Below, in pieces: positions 1 through 9,626 of a DNA stretch of 31,721 bases (the first letter of the stretch is position 1; each line of letters begins with the position of its first letter). The stretch spans positions 1 to 31,721 of the forward strand of contig DQTF01000116.1 of assembly GCA_015662935.1 (NCBI GenBank). The letters are read 5' to 3'. The notes below the pieces were generated by a model. The model ran no database searches, was not told the origin of the DNA, and saw nothing but the letters and a program-made list of their open reading frames with translations. The DNA comes from Crocinitomicaceae bacterium. Lineage in GTDB: Bacteria > Bacteroidota > Bacteroidia > Flavobacteriales_D > Crocinitomicaceae. The position numbers and the translations under genes are program-made.

Positions 1-1512
1 ACGTCTAATACTGCTGCTGTTCAATTAGAATTCTCTCAGTTTGGAGCACTTTTTAATGACGAGCAATACGTAGAGGTTAGTACTGATGGTACACTTTGGA
101 CAAGAGTATATAATAACAACTTACAAGAGGTGTTGTCTAACTCTGGAGGAGCAGCGTACCCGAACCCTGAAACAATCACTGTAAACATTACAAATGCAAT
201 TGCTGGTAACCCAAACAATGTTTTAATTCGTTTTGGATGGACTACTCGATACCCTGCTCAAGCAACGAACCCTAATGTGTGGGTAACTTACGGATGGTTA
301 ATTGATGATGTAAAGATTTTATCTCTTCCATTAGACAATGTTGAGATTTTATCTTCTTATATCTTTGGAACAACAAATGGTGGTGCTGAATATGGAAGAA
401 CACCATTAAATCAATTAGATACTGACTGGACTATTGGTAGTCAAGTACATAACCTTGGTAGCCTTGACCAGCCAGCAACTAATATGACTGCTGATTTTGG
501 AACATTTACAGCAAATGGTTCTACTTTAGTTGAGTCAGATTCTACAAGAGCTGTTGAAACAACTCAAGTAGGGTTAGGAGCAACATTAACTATTGGAATG
601 CATACCGGTAACTATACAGTAGTTGCAGGTAACGATACCGCATCAGGGACTTCTTTCTCTGATAATACAGATGCTCGTACTTTTGAAGTAACAAATGATG
701 TGTATTCTCTTGATGGAATTGGTGTTTATCCTTCGCCTTCAATTGGTCAAGTTGGAACAAACTCTTTTGATGATGCCTCGACAACAACTATTGCCGAAAA
801 TAGTGCTGGTATTCCTTTTGGAACAATGTACCACATTAAAACTGCTACAGCAGTGAGTGATATAGAGGTTGTATTGGGGTCACGAACGACAGTAGGAGGA
901 GAAATCGTTGTAGCATTGATTGATACAGCTGTCTTCTTATCAGGGGCTGGCGGTACAGGAGCTGTTACTCCTGTATTAACTGAATCTAGCGCATATTTAA
1001 TTACAGCTACAGATACAATTGCGGGTGTTGTTAGAATACCATTACCAACAGCTTATACATTAAACCCAGGTGCTTATTATGCATTGGCTTCTTTGACTGT
1101 TTACAACCCAGCTACTGAAGAGCTTACAATTGCTGATGAGGAAACAATTGGTCAACCAGCATGGAACAGTGCGTTTTATTTGAAAGAATCTTTTGGAGGA
1201 AATCCAGTTCAAACATACACGAATGGAAATGCTTATGCAATTCGTTTAGTAACAGGAAACCTTGGTCTAAACGAAAACTCTTTAAACGGTGTTGAAGTTT
1301 ATCCTAACCCAACAACAGGTAAATTCACAGTTACCAACGAAAACAACACTGAAAATACAATCGCTATTTTCGATATGTTAGGTAAAGAAGTTTACACAAA
1401 CACAACTTCATCTTCTCTTACAGTTGATTTATCAGCTAATGGAATGGGTGTTTACTTAGTGAAAGTTTCTAACGAAAACGGATCTATCGTAAAAAGAGTT
1501 GTTATTAAATAA
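1..1512 (+). CDS. T9SS type A sorting domain-containing secreted protein, 5'-truncated by the window edge
   Basis: Frame 1 is open from base 1 (TSNTAAVQLEFSQFG...), so the ORF-track start at 130 is not the real start. The C-terminus has the T9SS CTD pattern (VEVYPNPTTG...IFDMLGKEV...GVYLVKV...KRVVIK). The body is Thr/Gly/Asn-rich and beta-type. Confidence 0.9.
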   Translation, partial: TSNTAAVQLEFSQFGALFNDEQYVEVSTDGTLWTRVYNNNLQEVLSNSGGAAYPNPETITVNITNAIAGNPNNVLIRFGWTTRYPAQATNPNVWVTYGWLIDDVKILSLPLDNVEILSSYIFGTTNGGAEYGRTPLNQLDTDWTIGSQVHNLGSLDQPATNMTADFGTFTANGSTLVESDSTRAVETTQVGLGATLTIGMHTGNYTVVAGNDTASGTSFSDNTDARTFEVTNDVYSLDGIGVYPSPSIGQVGTNSFDDASTTTIAENSAGIPFGTMYHIKTATAVSDIEVVLGSRTTVGGEIVVALIDTAVFLSGAGGTGAVTPVLTESSAYLITATDTIAGVVRIPLPTAYTLNPGAYYALASLTVYNPATEELTIADEETIGQPAWNSAFYLKESFGGNPVQTYTNGNAYAIRLVTGNLGLNENSLNGVEVYPNPTTGKFTVTNENNTENTIAIFDMLGKEVYTNTTSSSLTVDLSANGMGVYLVKVSNENGSIVKRVVIK

Positions 1513-1559
1513 TAACTGTTTGTTTTCTGATTAAATTCAGAACACATTACGTATATTTA

Positions 1560-1591
1560 AAACCGAGAAGCAATTGCTTCTCGGTTTTTTT
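1560..1591 (+). terminator. Rho-independent terminator after the T9SS gene
   Basis: Perfect palindrome aaaccgagaag-caattg-cttctcggttt continuing into a T7 run (1585-1591). Confidence 0.8.
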
Positions 1592-2014
1592 ATGGACTAT
1601 CTCGAACTAGGTTATTTAGGATTGTTTTTGGTTTGCTTTCTTTCGGCAACCATTCTTCCATTAGCATCAGAAGCTGTTGTTTTGGCTTTTCTTTATTATA
1701 ATTACGACCCTATATGGGTACTTATTATTGCAACTCTAGGAAACACTTTGGGTGGCGTTACTAATTACCTACTTGGAATGTTGGGCAAAACAAAAACGCT
1801 AAAGAAGTACATTAAAAACGAAGAAAAATGGAGTCGTACAGAGAAACGAATTGAAAAATACGGCATCTGGTTAGGGCTAATTACTTGGCTCCCTTTTATT
1901 GGTGACCCTTTAACAATCGTACTTGGTTTTTTTCGTGTAAAATTCATTCCACTATTCTTTCTAATGCTTCTTGGTAAGGGGCTTAGGTATGCTGTAATCG
2001 TTTTCTTGTGGTAA
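1592..2014 (+). CDS. YqaA/DedA-like (VTT domain) membrane protein
   Basis: Motifs FLSATILPLASE, ATLGNTLGGVTNY, WLPFIGDPLT, GKGLRY. ATG at 1592 is preferred over TTG at 1574, which lies inside the terminator. Confidence 0.85.
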   Translation: MDYLELGYLGLFLVCFLSATILPLASEAVVLAFLYYNYDPIWVLIIATLGNTLGGVTNYLLGMLGKTKTLKKYIKNEEKWSRTEKRIEKYGIWLGLITWLPFIGDPLTIVLGFFRVKFIPLFFLMLLGKGLRYAVIVFLW

Positions 2015-2066
2015 AACCTTCCGCATCTAATTCATTTTAACGATATTTGTACAAAACAATTCAATA

Positions 2067-3074
2067 ATGGCAAAATTGACTACCCTCCATGAGTTTATCA
2101 TGGACAAACAAGCAGATTTCCCTTACGCTTCTGGAGAATTATCACGTTTACTTTCTGACATTGCAATCGCTTCTAAAGTGGTGAGTAATGATGTTCGTAG
2201 AGCAGGGTTAATGAACGATATTCTCGGAAAACAAGGAAATACAAATGTACAGGGTGAAGAACAACAAAAGCTGGACGTCATCGCCGATAAAGCCTTCATA
2301 TCTGTTTTTAAAACAGGAGGAGAAGTTTGTGGAATTGCATCTGAAGAGAATGATGAATTCATGCCTTTTGAAAGTGAATTCTCACAAGCGGGAAAATATG
2401 TGGTCTTATTTGATCCGTTAGATGGCTCTTCTAACATTGACGTTAACGTTTCTATCGGTACTATCTTCTCTATTTACAGAAGAATAAGCCCGAAAGGAAC
2501 ACCTGCCACCAAAGAGGATATGCTGCAAGAGGGAGATAAGCAAATCGCTGCAGGTTATGTTCTTTATGGTTCTTCAACAATGTTGGTTTACACTACTGGT
2601 AAAGGAGTAAATGGATTTACATTAGACCCATACATTGGTGAGTTTTGCCTTTCTCATTCAAATATGAAAATGCCTGAAACAGGACGTACGTATGCAATGA
2701 ACGAAGGGAACATCAGTATTTGTGACCCGGGAATTAAAGAATATATAGAAACATACTGCCAACAAACACAACCAGGACAACCTCGTCCTTATTCAGGAAG
2801 ATACATCGGTTCGCTTGTTGCAGATTTCCACAGAAACTTAATCAAAGGAGGGATTTATATATATCCGTCTACAACTGTTGACCCAGAAGGTCGCTTGCGT
2901 TTATTATATGAGTGCAACCCTTTAGCATATATTGCTGAACAAGCTGGAGGTCTCGCAACAACAGGTCACGAAAGAGTGATGGGAATTAAACCAACAGAGC
3001 TACACGAACGTGTTCCTTTCTTTATCGGCTCTAAAACGATGGTTGAACAAGCAATGAATTGCTTGAAGAAATAA
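2067..3074 (+). CDS. fbp: Class 1 fructose-1,6-bisphosphatase
   Basis: Motifs [55 protein letters not shown]. Confidence 0.97.
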   Translation: MAKLTTLHEFIMDKQADFPYASGELSRLLSDIAIASKVVSNDVRRAGLMNDILGKQGNTNVQGEEQQKLDVIADKAFISVFKTGGEVCGIASEENDEFMPFESEFSQAGKYVVLFDPLDGSSNIDVNVSIGTIFSIYRRISPKGTPATKEDMLQEGDKQIAAGYVLYGSSTMLVYTTGKGVNGFTLDPYIGEFCLSHSNMKMPETGRTYAMNEGNISICDPGIKEYIETYCQQTQPGQPRPYSGRYIGSLVADFHRNLIKGGIYIYPSTTVDPEGRLRLLYECNPLAYIAEQAGGLATTGHERVMGIKPTELHERVPFFIGSKTMVEQAMNCLKK

Positions 3075-3082
3075 TTTCAACA

Positions 3083-6000
3083 ATGGATGTTAAAAGTCTG
3101 AAAGCATCTTTTTCTGAACTTAAGCAAATTGGTGCTACCGCTAATCAGTTACAAATTATTGGTTCAAAAATTAACTGGGCTGGATTAATTGGTTCGTCCA
3201 AATCAATTTGTGCTTCCTGTGTTACAGAACAGTCTCCAGGAAATCATGTTTTCATTCTCGAAGACAAAGAACAGGCGGCTTACTTTCTCAATGATTTAGA
3301 AGGAGTTAATCCAAATAACACCAATATTCTTTTCTATCCTGCTTCGTATCGAGTTGCTTATGAGTTAGAGAAAACGGATAATGCAAATATAGTTGCAAGA
3401 GCAGAGGTTTTAGACAAGGTCGCTAAGAATAAAAACACATGGATTGTTACTTATCCGAAAGCGTTAATTGAGAAAATTCCTTCCAAAAAAGTCTTAGCAA
3501 AAAGTACACTTAAAGTCGAGGTTAACAAAACGTACTCGATTGATTTTATCAATGAAACTTTGATGGATGTTGGGTTTGATAGAGTTGATTTTGTTTATGA
3601 ACCGGGGCAATTTTCTATTCGTGGGGGGATTATAGATGTTTTTTCTTATTCGAATGACCACCCTTTTAGAATAGAATTTTTCGGAGATGATGTTGAAAGT
3701 ATTCGAACATTTGATGCGAGTACACAACTGTCCATTAATACACACAAACACTTTAACATTGTTCCGAATATACAAGGAGGAATGGTTAAAGAAGGAAACG
3801 CAACTTTCTTTGATTTTGTAGGAGAAACAGCCACCATTTGGATCAATTCTGTTGAACATTCTACCGATAAAATTACCAAAGAATACAAAAAGGCAGTCAA
3901 GATTTATGATGCCCTTGAAAGAACGACCACTCCCACAATACCGTCCGAATTATTCTTGCACCCAACTGATTTAGAAAAGGCATTGGAACGAATGTCTGTA
4001 GTAGAATTTGGTGGTGATAATTATTTTAAGAATGGAAAACAATTTTCTTTTGCGTTCAAACCACAGCCAAGTTTTAATAAGAATTTTGAGCTGCTAACAG
4101 AAGACCTGAACGCACGAAAAACGAATGGGTTTACCAACCTCATCTTTTCTAACCAACCGAAACAAATTGAACGATTAGAGCAAATTTTTGCTGACATGGA
4201 GGTCAGCGTTGAGTTCAACCCTGTTCACATTGCCCTGCACGAAGGGTTTATTTCTCCTGAGAATAAATTGACCTGCTTTACCGATCACCAAATCTTTGAA
4301 CGTTACCATCGTTTTCGATTAAAAGAAGGTTTCCGACAAGCGAAGCAGGCGCTAACTTTGAAAGAATTATACAACCTACAACGCGGTGATTATGTGACAC
4401 ATATCGATCATGGAGTTGGAAAGTTCTCAGGATTAGAAACAATAGATGTCAATGGGAAACCACAAGAAGCAATTCGTCTAATTTACAAGGATAATGATGT
4501 GCTTTATGTTGGAATTCATTCTTTGCATCGCATTTCTAAATTCACAGGAAAGGACGGTTCTGTTCCTAAGATGAACAAACTAGGAACGCAAACATGGGCA
4601 ACTTTAAAGAAAAAAACGAAGAAGAAAATCAAGGAATTAGCCTTTGATTTAATCAAATTATACGCAAAAAGAAAAAGTCTACCGGGTTTTGCTTTTTCTC
4701 CAGATTCGTACCTGCAAAACGAACTGGAAGCATCCTTCATGTTTGAAGACACCCCCGATCAATTAAAATCAACGATTTCGGTAAAGGAAGACATGGAGTC
4801 TAAAACACCTATGGATAGGTTGATTTGCGGAGATGTTGGTTTCGGTAAAACGGAAATTGCCGTTCGTGCTGCTTTTAAGGCAGTAACTGATAATAAACAA
4901 GTTGCTATTTTGGTTCCAACGACCATTCTTTCTATGCAACATTTTAGAAGTTTCAAAGAACGACTAAAAGACTTCCCTTGCACCATTGATTACATCAACC
5001 GTTTTAAATCAACTAAGGAAACCACAGAAACTTTAAAGAAATTAGCTGCAGGAGAAATTGACATTCTTATTGGTACACATGCCATTGCTTCTGACCGAGT
5101 GAAATTCAAAGATTTAGGACTGATGATTATCGATGAAGAGCAGAAGTTTGGCGTATCGGTAAAAGATAAATTAAAAACGCTTCGTGCAACAGTGGACACG
5201 CTGACGCTCACTGCTACTCCTATTCCCAGGACTTTGCAATTCTCATTGATGGGAGCGAGAGACTTAAGTATTATCAATACTCCACCACCGAACAGGCAAC
5301 CTGTTTTGACAGAAATTGTTGCCTTCAACGAAGAAACTATTCGAGACGCCATTGCGTACGAAGTTAGTCGTGGTGGACAAGTATTTTTTGTGCATAATCG
5401 TTTGCAAAACATAGCAGAAGTTTCAGGAATGATTCAACGATTGTGTCCAGGTGTGCGAGTTGCTATAGGTCATGGACAAATGGACGGTAAGAAGTTAGAA
5501 AAAATAATGATGGACTTCATCAATCATGAATACGATGTGTTGTTGGCGACTACTATCATAGAATCTGGAATTGACATTGCGAATGCAAATACGATTATCA
5601 TTAACAACGCACAGAATTTTGGAATCAGTGATTTACACCAATTGCGAGGACGTGTTGGTCGTTCTAATAAGAAAGCATTCTGTTACCTTATTGCTCCTCC
5701 AGCAAGTGTCATGACACCCGAAGCAAGAAAACGTTTGGAAGCATTGGTTCAGTTCTCCGATTTAGGCTCTGGGTTCAACATTGCTATGAAAGATTTGGAT
5801 ATTAGAGGAGCAGGAAATATGCTTGGTGGAGAACAAAGTGGGTTTATTTCTGACATTGGTTTTGAAATGTACCAAAAAATTCTCAATGAAGCAATGGATG
5901 AGCTTCGAGAAAGTGAATTCAAAGAATTGTTTGCAGATAGAAATTCTGACAACCTTACGCAGTTCGTCAATGATTGCATTCTAGAAACAGATTTAGAGGT

Positions 6001-6418
6001 CAGAATTCCGGATGATTACATTAACAATGTTGCCGAACGATTAAGCATCTACCAACAAATGGATGGTTTAAAAGACGAGAAAGAATTACAAGCTTTCATT
6101 CCAGAATTAGAAGACCGTTTTGGACCTATTCCCGCTCAGGTGGAAGAACTCATTCTTTCTTTTAGATTGCGATGGTTGGCAGAGAAATTGGGCATTGAAA
6201 AATTGGTGTTAAAATCCAATAAGATGATTGGTTACTTCATTAAGAATCCACAATCGAAGTTTTATGAGTCACCCGTTTTTACGAAAGTATTGGATTACAT
6301 GCAAAAACATCCTGCAGAAATGAAATTGAGTGAGAAAAACGATAGATTACGTGTGATTTACGAAGGAGTGGTGTCAATTGAAGATGCTTTTGGAAGGTTG
6401 GAGAAGGTTTTGGAGTAG
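3083..6418 (+). CDS. mfd: Transcription-repair coupling factor
   Basis: UvrB-homology region (PGQFSIRGGIIDVF), CarD-like RID (GDYVTHIDHGVG), SF2 motifs (GDVGFGKT, DEEQKFG, TATPIPRT, QLRGRVGRS), TRG (DLDIRGAGNMLG) and TRCF C-terminus. ATG at 3083 lies 8 nt after the fbp stop. Confidence 0.97.
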   Translation: MDVKSLKASFSELKQIGATANQLQIIGSKINWAGLIGSSKSICASCVTEQSPGNHVFILEDKEQAAYFLNDLEGVNPNNTNILFYPASYRVAYELEKTDNANIVARAEVLDKVAKNKNTWIVTYPKALIEKIPSKKVLAKSTLKVEVNKTYSIDFINETLMDVGFDRVDFVYEPGQFSIRGGIIDVFSYSNDHPFRIEFFGDDVESIRTFDASTQLSINTHKHFNIVPNIQGGMVKEGNATFFDFVGETATIWINSVEHSTDKITKEYKKAVKIYDALERTTTPTIPSELFLHPTDLEKALERMSVVEFGGDNYFKNGKQFSFAFKPQPSFNKNFELLTEDLNARKTNGFTNLIFSNQPKQIERLEQIFADMEVSVEFNPVHIALHEGFISPENKLTCFTDHQIFERYHRFRLKEGFRQAKQALTLKELYNLQRGDYVTHIDHGVGKFSGLETIDVNGKPQEAIRLIYKDNDVLYVGIHSLHRISKFTGKDGSVPKMNKLGTQTWATLKKKTKKKIKELAFDLIKLYAKRKSLPGFAFSPDSYLQNELEASFMFEDTPDQLKSTISVKEDMESKTPMDRLICGDVGFGKTEIAVRAAFKAVTDNKQVAILVPTTILSMQHFRSFKERLKDFPCTIDYINRFKSTKETTETLKKLAAGEIDILIGTHAIASDRVKFKDLGLMIIDEEQKFGVSVKDKLKTLRATVDTLTLTATPIPRTLQFSLMGARDLSIINTPPPNRQPVLTEIVAFNEETIRDAIAYEVSRGGQVFFVHNRLQNIAEVSGMIQRLCPGVRVAIGHGQMDGKKLEKIMMDFINHEYDVLLATTIIESGIDIANANTIIINNAQNFGISDLHQLRGRVGRSNKKAFCYLIAPPASVMTPEARKRLEALVQFSDLGSGFNIAMKDLDIRGAGNMLGGEQSGFISDIGFEMYQKILNEAMDELRESEFKELFADRNSDNLTQFVNDCILETDLEVRIPDDYINNVAERLSIYQQMDGLKDEKELQAFIPELEDRFGPIPAQVEELILSFRLRWLAEKLGIEKLVLKSNKMIGYFIKNPQSKFYESPVFTKVLDYMQKHPAEMKLSEKNDRLRVIYEGVVSIEDAFGRLEKVLE

Positions 6419-6440
6419 AGCATTGTTATTAGTTGTTTAA

Positions 6441-6478
6441 GCCACGAATAAGTCCTTTTTTATTTGTGCATTCGTGGC
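6441..6478. repeat. REP-like inverted repeat GCCACGAAT...ATTCGTGGC
   Basis: Perfect 9-bp arms at 6441-6449 and 6470-6478 with a 20-nt loop, in the mfd/GT intergenic gap. Confidence 0.6.
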
Positions 6479-6496
6479 AAAAAAAGATTATTTGAA

Positions 6497-6504
6497 TACC
6501 TTTA
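6497..6504 (+). promoter_or_regulatory. Bacteroidota primary-sigma -7 box (TACCTTTA), 4 nt before the ATG
   Basis: Matches TAnnTTT(G/A). Spacing to the ATG is identical in three other genes. Confidence 0.55.
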
Positions 6505-6508
6505 CCCC

Positions 6509-7624
6509 ATGCCTAAAGCAATCGTTTCTGTAACCAACGACCTCTACACCGACAACCGTGTACACAAAGTCTGCACCTTCTTACACCAGCAAGGTTACGA
6601 TGTTTTATTAGTGGGTAGAAAGAGAAAAAACAGTCTTCCTTTAAGAAAGCGCGTTTACAAAATAAAGCGGATGAAATTACTCTTTGAAACGGGTGCAAAG
6701 TTCTACGCAGCTTATAACATACGGCTTTTCTTGTTGCTGTTGTTTAGAAAAGCAGATGTTCTTGTTGCCAATGATTTAGATACCTTACTCGCAAATAATT
6801 TAGCAAATAAGTTCAAACGAAGAGCCCGATTGGTTTATGATTCTCATGAATATTTTACGGAAGTCCCTGAACTAACAAGTCGACCGAAAGTGCAAAAAAT
6901 ATGGTTGAGAATAGAACGGTTGATTTTCCCAAAACTAGAAAGCATTTATACGGTTAATGATTCTATTGCAAAAATTTACTCCGACTTATACAATAAAGAA
7001 ATCAAAGTTGTGCGCAATATTTCACCATTATGGAAAGCTGAAAATTTAAAATCAAAGAAAGAGCTAGGTATTCCGGAGAATGAAAATTTAATCATCTTGC
7101 AAGGAGCAGGAATAAATGTTGACAGAGGAGCAGAAGAGGCGGTTGATGCGATGCAAAAAATTGACGGTGTTTTGATGATTGTCGGTGATGGCGATGTGGT
7201 TCCTCAATTGAAAGAACGTGTAAAAAAATTGCAACTGGAAAAGAAGGTAATCTTCTTCGGAAAAAAACCGTATGCTGTTATGATGAACTACACGTATTAT
7301 GCGTCTATTGGTTTGACACTCGATAAAGCAACGAACATGAATTACCAATTATCGCTGCCTAATAAAGTGTTTGATTACATGCACACGCAAACAGCTGTTG
7401 TCGCTACAAATATTAAAGAAGTAGCAAACGTGGTTCGAACAAATGACATTGGTGAAATCATCGAAGAATTTACGGTAGAAAATTTAGCGAACACCATCAA
7501 TAAACTATTTGCTGACAAAACTCGTTTAGAAGAATGTATTGCCAATTGTAAAAAAGCATCGAAAATTGAGAATTGGGAGAATGAAACAAGGGTTTTGAAT
7601 GAAATTTATTCTAAAGTGAAGTAA
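6509..7624 (+). CDS. Glycosyltransferase family 4 (GT-B fold)
   Basis: N-terminal VTNDLYTDNRVHK, ANDLDTL, VYDSHEYFTE and C-terminal LPNKVFDYM. ATG at 6509 is preferred over the track start at 6464. Confidence 0.9.
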   Translation: MPKAIVSVTNDLYTDNRVHKVCTFLHQQGYDVLLVGRKRKNSLPLRKRVYKIKRMKLLFETGAKFYAAYNIRLFLLLLFRKADVLVANDLDTLLANNLANKFKRRARLVYDSHEYFTEVPELTSRPKVQKIWLRIERLIFPKLESIYTVNDSIAKIYSDLYNKEIKVVRNISPLWKAENLKSKKELGIPENENLIILQGAGINVDRGAEEAVDAMQKIDGVLMIVGDGDVVPQLKERVKKLQLEKKVIFFGKKPYAVMMNYTYYASIGLTLDKATNMNYQLSLPNKVFDYMHTQTAVVATNIKEVANVVRTNDIGEIIEEFTVENLANTINKLFADKTRLEECIANCKKASKIENWENETRVLNEIYSKVK

Positions 7625-7643
7625 ATCATCTTTGTCGAAGCGA

Positions 7644-7671
7644 ACTTTTTTTCTGCTTTGGCAAAAAAAGT
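7644..7671. terminator. Imperfect hairpin (terminator-like or repeat) between the two GT genes
   Basis: acttttttt(ct)gc-tttg-gcaaaaaaagt forms a stem with a bulge. Confidence 0.35.
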
Positions 7672-7746
7672 GGAAATTTATATGCTTTTTTAATTCCAAA
7701 TACTTCTACAAAAGATTGTACTTTAGCAAATGAATAATTCATTTAA

Positions 7747-8880
7747 ATGATTTCAAAAAAACTTCATATCATCTCTTTTGACGTTCCTTTTCCTGCAGAT
7801 TATGGAGGAGCAATTGATGTGTTTTACCGCGTCGTTGCCCTGCATAAATTAGGTTATAAAATCACCCTGCATTGCTTCGAGTATGGTCGTGGAAAACAAG
7901 AGGAATTAAATAAGTATTGCGAACAAGTTTATTACTACAAGCGAAAAAAATTCAGTGCCTTTTTTGCTAAAGAACCATTCATTGTTGCCTCCAGAAAAAG
8001 CACTCAATTATTAGCCAATTTACAACTAGATGATGCTCCTATTCTTTTCGAAGGTTTACACACTTGTGCGTTCTTAAATAATAAAAACCTCAAAAAACGG
8101 TTGAAAATTGCGAGAACACATAATATTGAGCACGATTATTACGCAGAATTAGCAAAAACGAGCAAAGGGTGGAGAAAGTTATTCTTTCAAAGAGAAGCAA
8201 AAAAACTACAGAAATTTGAACCAATTCTTGCAGAATCAAATCACATTTTGGCGATTCAACAGAACGATGTTTCGCACTTCAAAAGTTACTCAACTTACAT
8301 TAAGCCTGTCGAAACAAAAAAGGTTCATTTACTAACGGCATCTATGCCGAAATTAGAAATGGAATTCAATCCAAATACAGAAGAGTTTTGTCTATTTCAT
8401 GGCAACCTTTCTGTCGTGGAAAATGAAAATGCACTGATGTGGATCATTGGCAATATCACTTTTCCAAAAGGACTATTATTTGTTGTTGCAGGAAAAAATC
8501 CTTCTTCGAATTTAAAATCTATTTGCGCGCAATTAGAAGTTGAATTAATTGCTAATCCATCAGATGAGGAAATGCAAAACCTGATTCAATCGGCTCGAAT
8601 TCATTTACTATATACGGAGCAAGCAACGGGATTAAAATTGAAATTACTCAACGCTTTATCTTCTTCGGGGCATGTTCTTCTGAACGATAAAATGATTGCT
8701 GGAACAAACTTAGAAGAGCTATGCATTCTTGCAAACTCCCCAGAAGAATATTCGGAAAAACTAAATGTCTTAATGGAACAGCCGCTCTCTGAAGATAATT
8801 ATAAACAGCGAGAAATAATTTTCCAGGAACAGTTTAACACGGAGAACAATTGTAAAAGAGTGTTTGATTTAATTAACTAA
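7747..8880 (+). CDS. GT-B fold glycosyltransferase (GT4-like)
   Basis: N-terminal LHIISFDVPFPADYGGAIDVFY, FEGLHT, RTHNIEHDYY, FHGNLSVVEN, TGLKLKLLNAL. Confidence 0.8.
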   Translation: MISKKLHIISFDVPFPADYGGAIDVFYRVVALHKLGYKITLHCFEYGRGKQEELNKYCEQVYYYKRKKFSAFFAKEPFIVASRKSTQLLANLQLDDAPILFEGLHTCAFLNNKNLKKRLKIARTHNIEHDYYAELAKTSKGWRKLFFQREAKKLQKFEPILAESNHILAIQQNDVSHFKSYSTYIKPVETKKVHLLTASMPKLEMEFNPNTEEFCLFHGNLSVVENENALMWIIGNITFPKGLLFVVAGKNPSSNLKSICAQLEVELIANPSDEEMQNLIQSARIHLLYTEQATGLKLKLLNALSSSGHVLLNDKMIAGTNLEELCILANSPEEYSEKLNVLMEQPLSEDNYKQREIIFQEQFNTENNCKRVFDLIN

Positions 8881-9622
8881 ACCTTTCACTGTCCAGTCCC
8901 GGAAACTGTGGGTTCATTTCTTTTAAGGTGTCTCTTAAAATTGTTGCAACGGCATATAATTTTGTCCAATTTTTGTCACATGGAATGATGTGCCAAGGAG
9001 CTTGATTGCATTTTGTGAATAGACTTTCATAAACGACCATAAACTCGTCCCAATGTTCTCTAGTAGCCCAATCACCATCGCTATGCTTCCAATTTTTTGA
9101 TGGAGTTTCAATTCGTTCTCTTAATTTTTGTCCCTGTTTCTCATAACTCAAGTTTAAATAGCACTTAATTACTTTCGTTCCGTTTTCTTCTAAATGTCTT
9201 TCAAACTGATTTATTTGATCATAACGTTTTTCGATGGTTACATTATCTAAAAATCCATAAACAGAGGGAACTAATATATCTTCGTAATGCGAGCGATTGA
9301 AAACGGTCACCATTCCCTTTTCAGGAGTTCTATTGTGGATTCTCCACAAATAATCATGTGCAGCTTCTTCTGGGTTGGGTTTTTTGAACGAATGAACATT
9401 CACCCATGCAGGACTGACCATCTTAAATAGGTTACGTGTTAGCCCATCTTTTCCAGAAGCATCCATCCCTTGCAGAACGAGCAAGACACTTTGTTTTCCC
9501 TCAGCGTATAATTTATTGACAAGACCGTAAATTTCTTCTAATAGAATTTCTGTCTCCTTCTTTATTTCCTTCTTATTCCAGTCGGGGTTTCCTGTTGGAT
9601 TATGATTTGCTAATGTTCCCAT
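8873..9622 (-). CDS. ppk2: Polyphosphate kinase 2 family protein (single domain)
   Basis: Walker A QGMDASGKDG, HSFKKP, HDYLWR, FNRSHYEDILVP, APWHIIPCDK. Confidence 0.93.
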   Translation of the reverse strand: MGTLANHNPTGNPDWNKKEIKKETEILLEEIYGLVNKLYAEGKQSVLLVLQGMDASGKDGLTRNLFKMVSPAWVNVHSFKKPNPEEAAHDYLWRIHNRTPEKGMVTVFNRSHYEDILVPSVYGFLDNVTIEKRYDQINQFERHLEENGTKVIKCYLNLSYEKQGQKLRERIETPSKNWKHSDGDWATREHWDEFMVVYESLFTKCNQAPWHIIPCDKNWTKLYAVATILRDTLKEMNPQFPGLDSERFS

Positions 9623-9626
9623 GTGT

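Noticed and set aside
1520-1546. Second small hairpin (tgttttctga/tcagaacaca) after the T9SS gene
   Set aside because: It is AT-rich, mismatched and lacks a U-tract. The downstream perfect hairpin is the better terminator.
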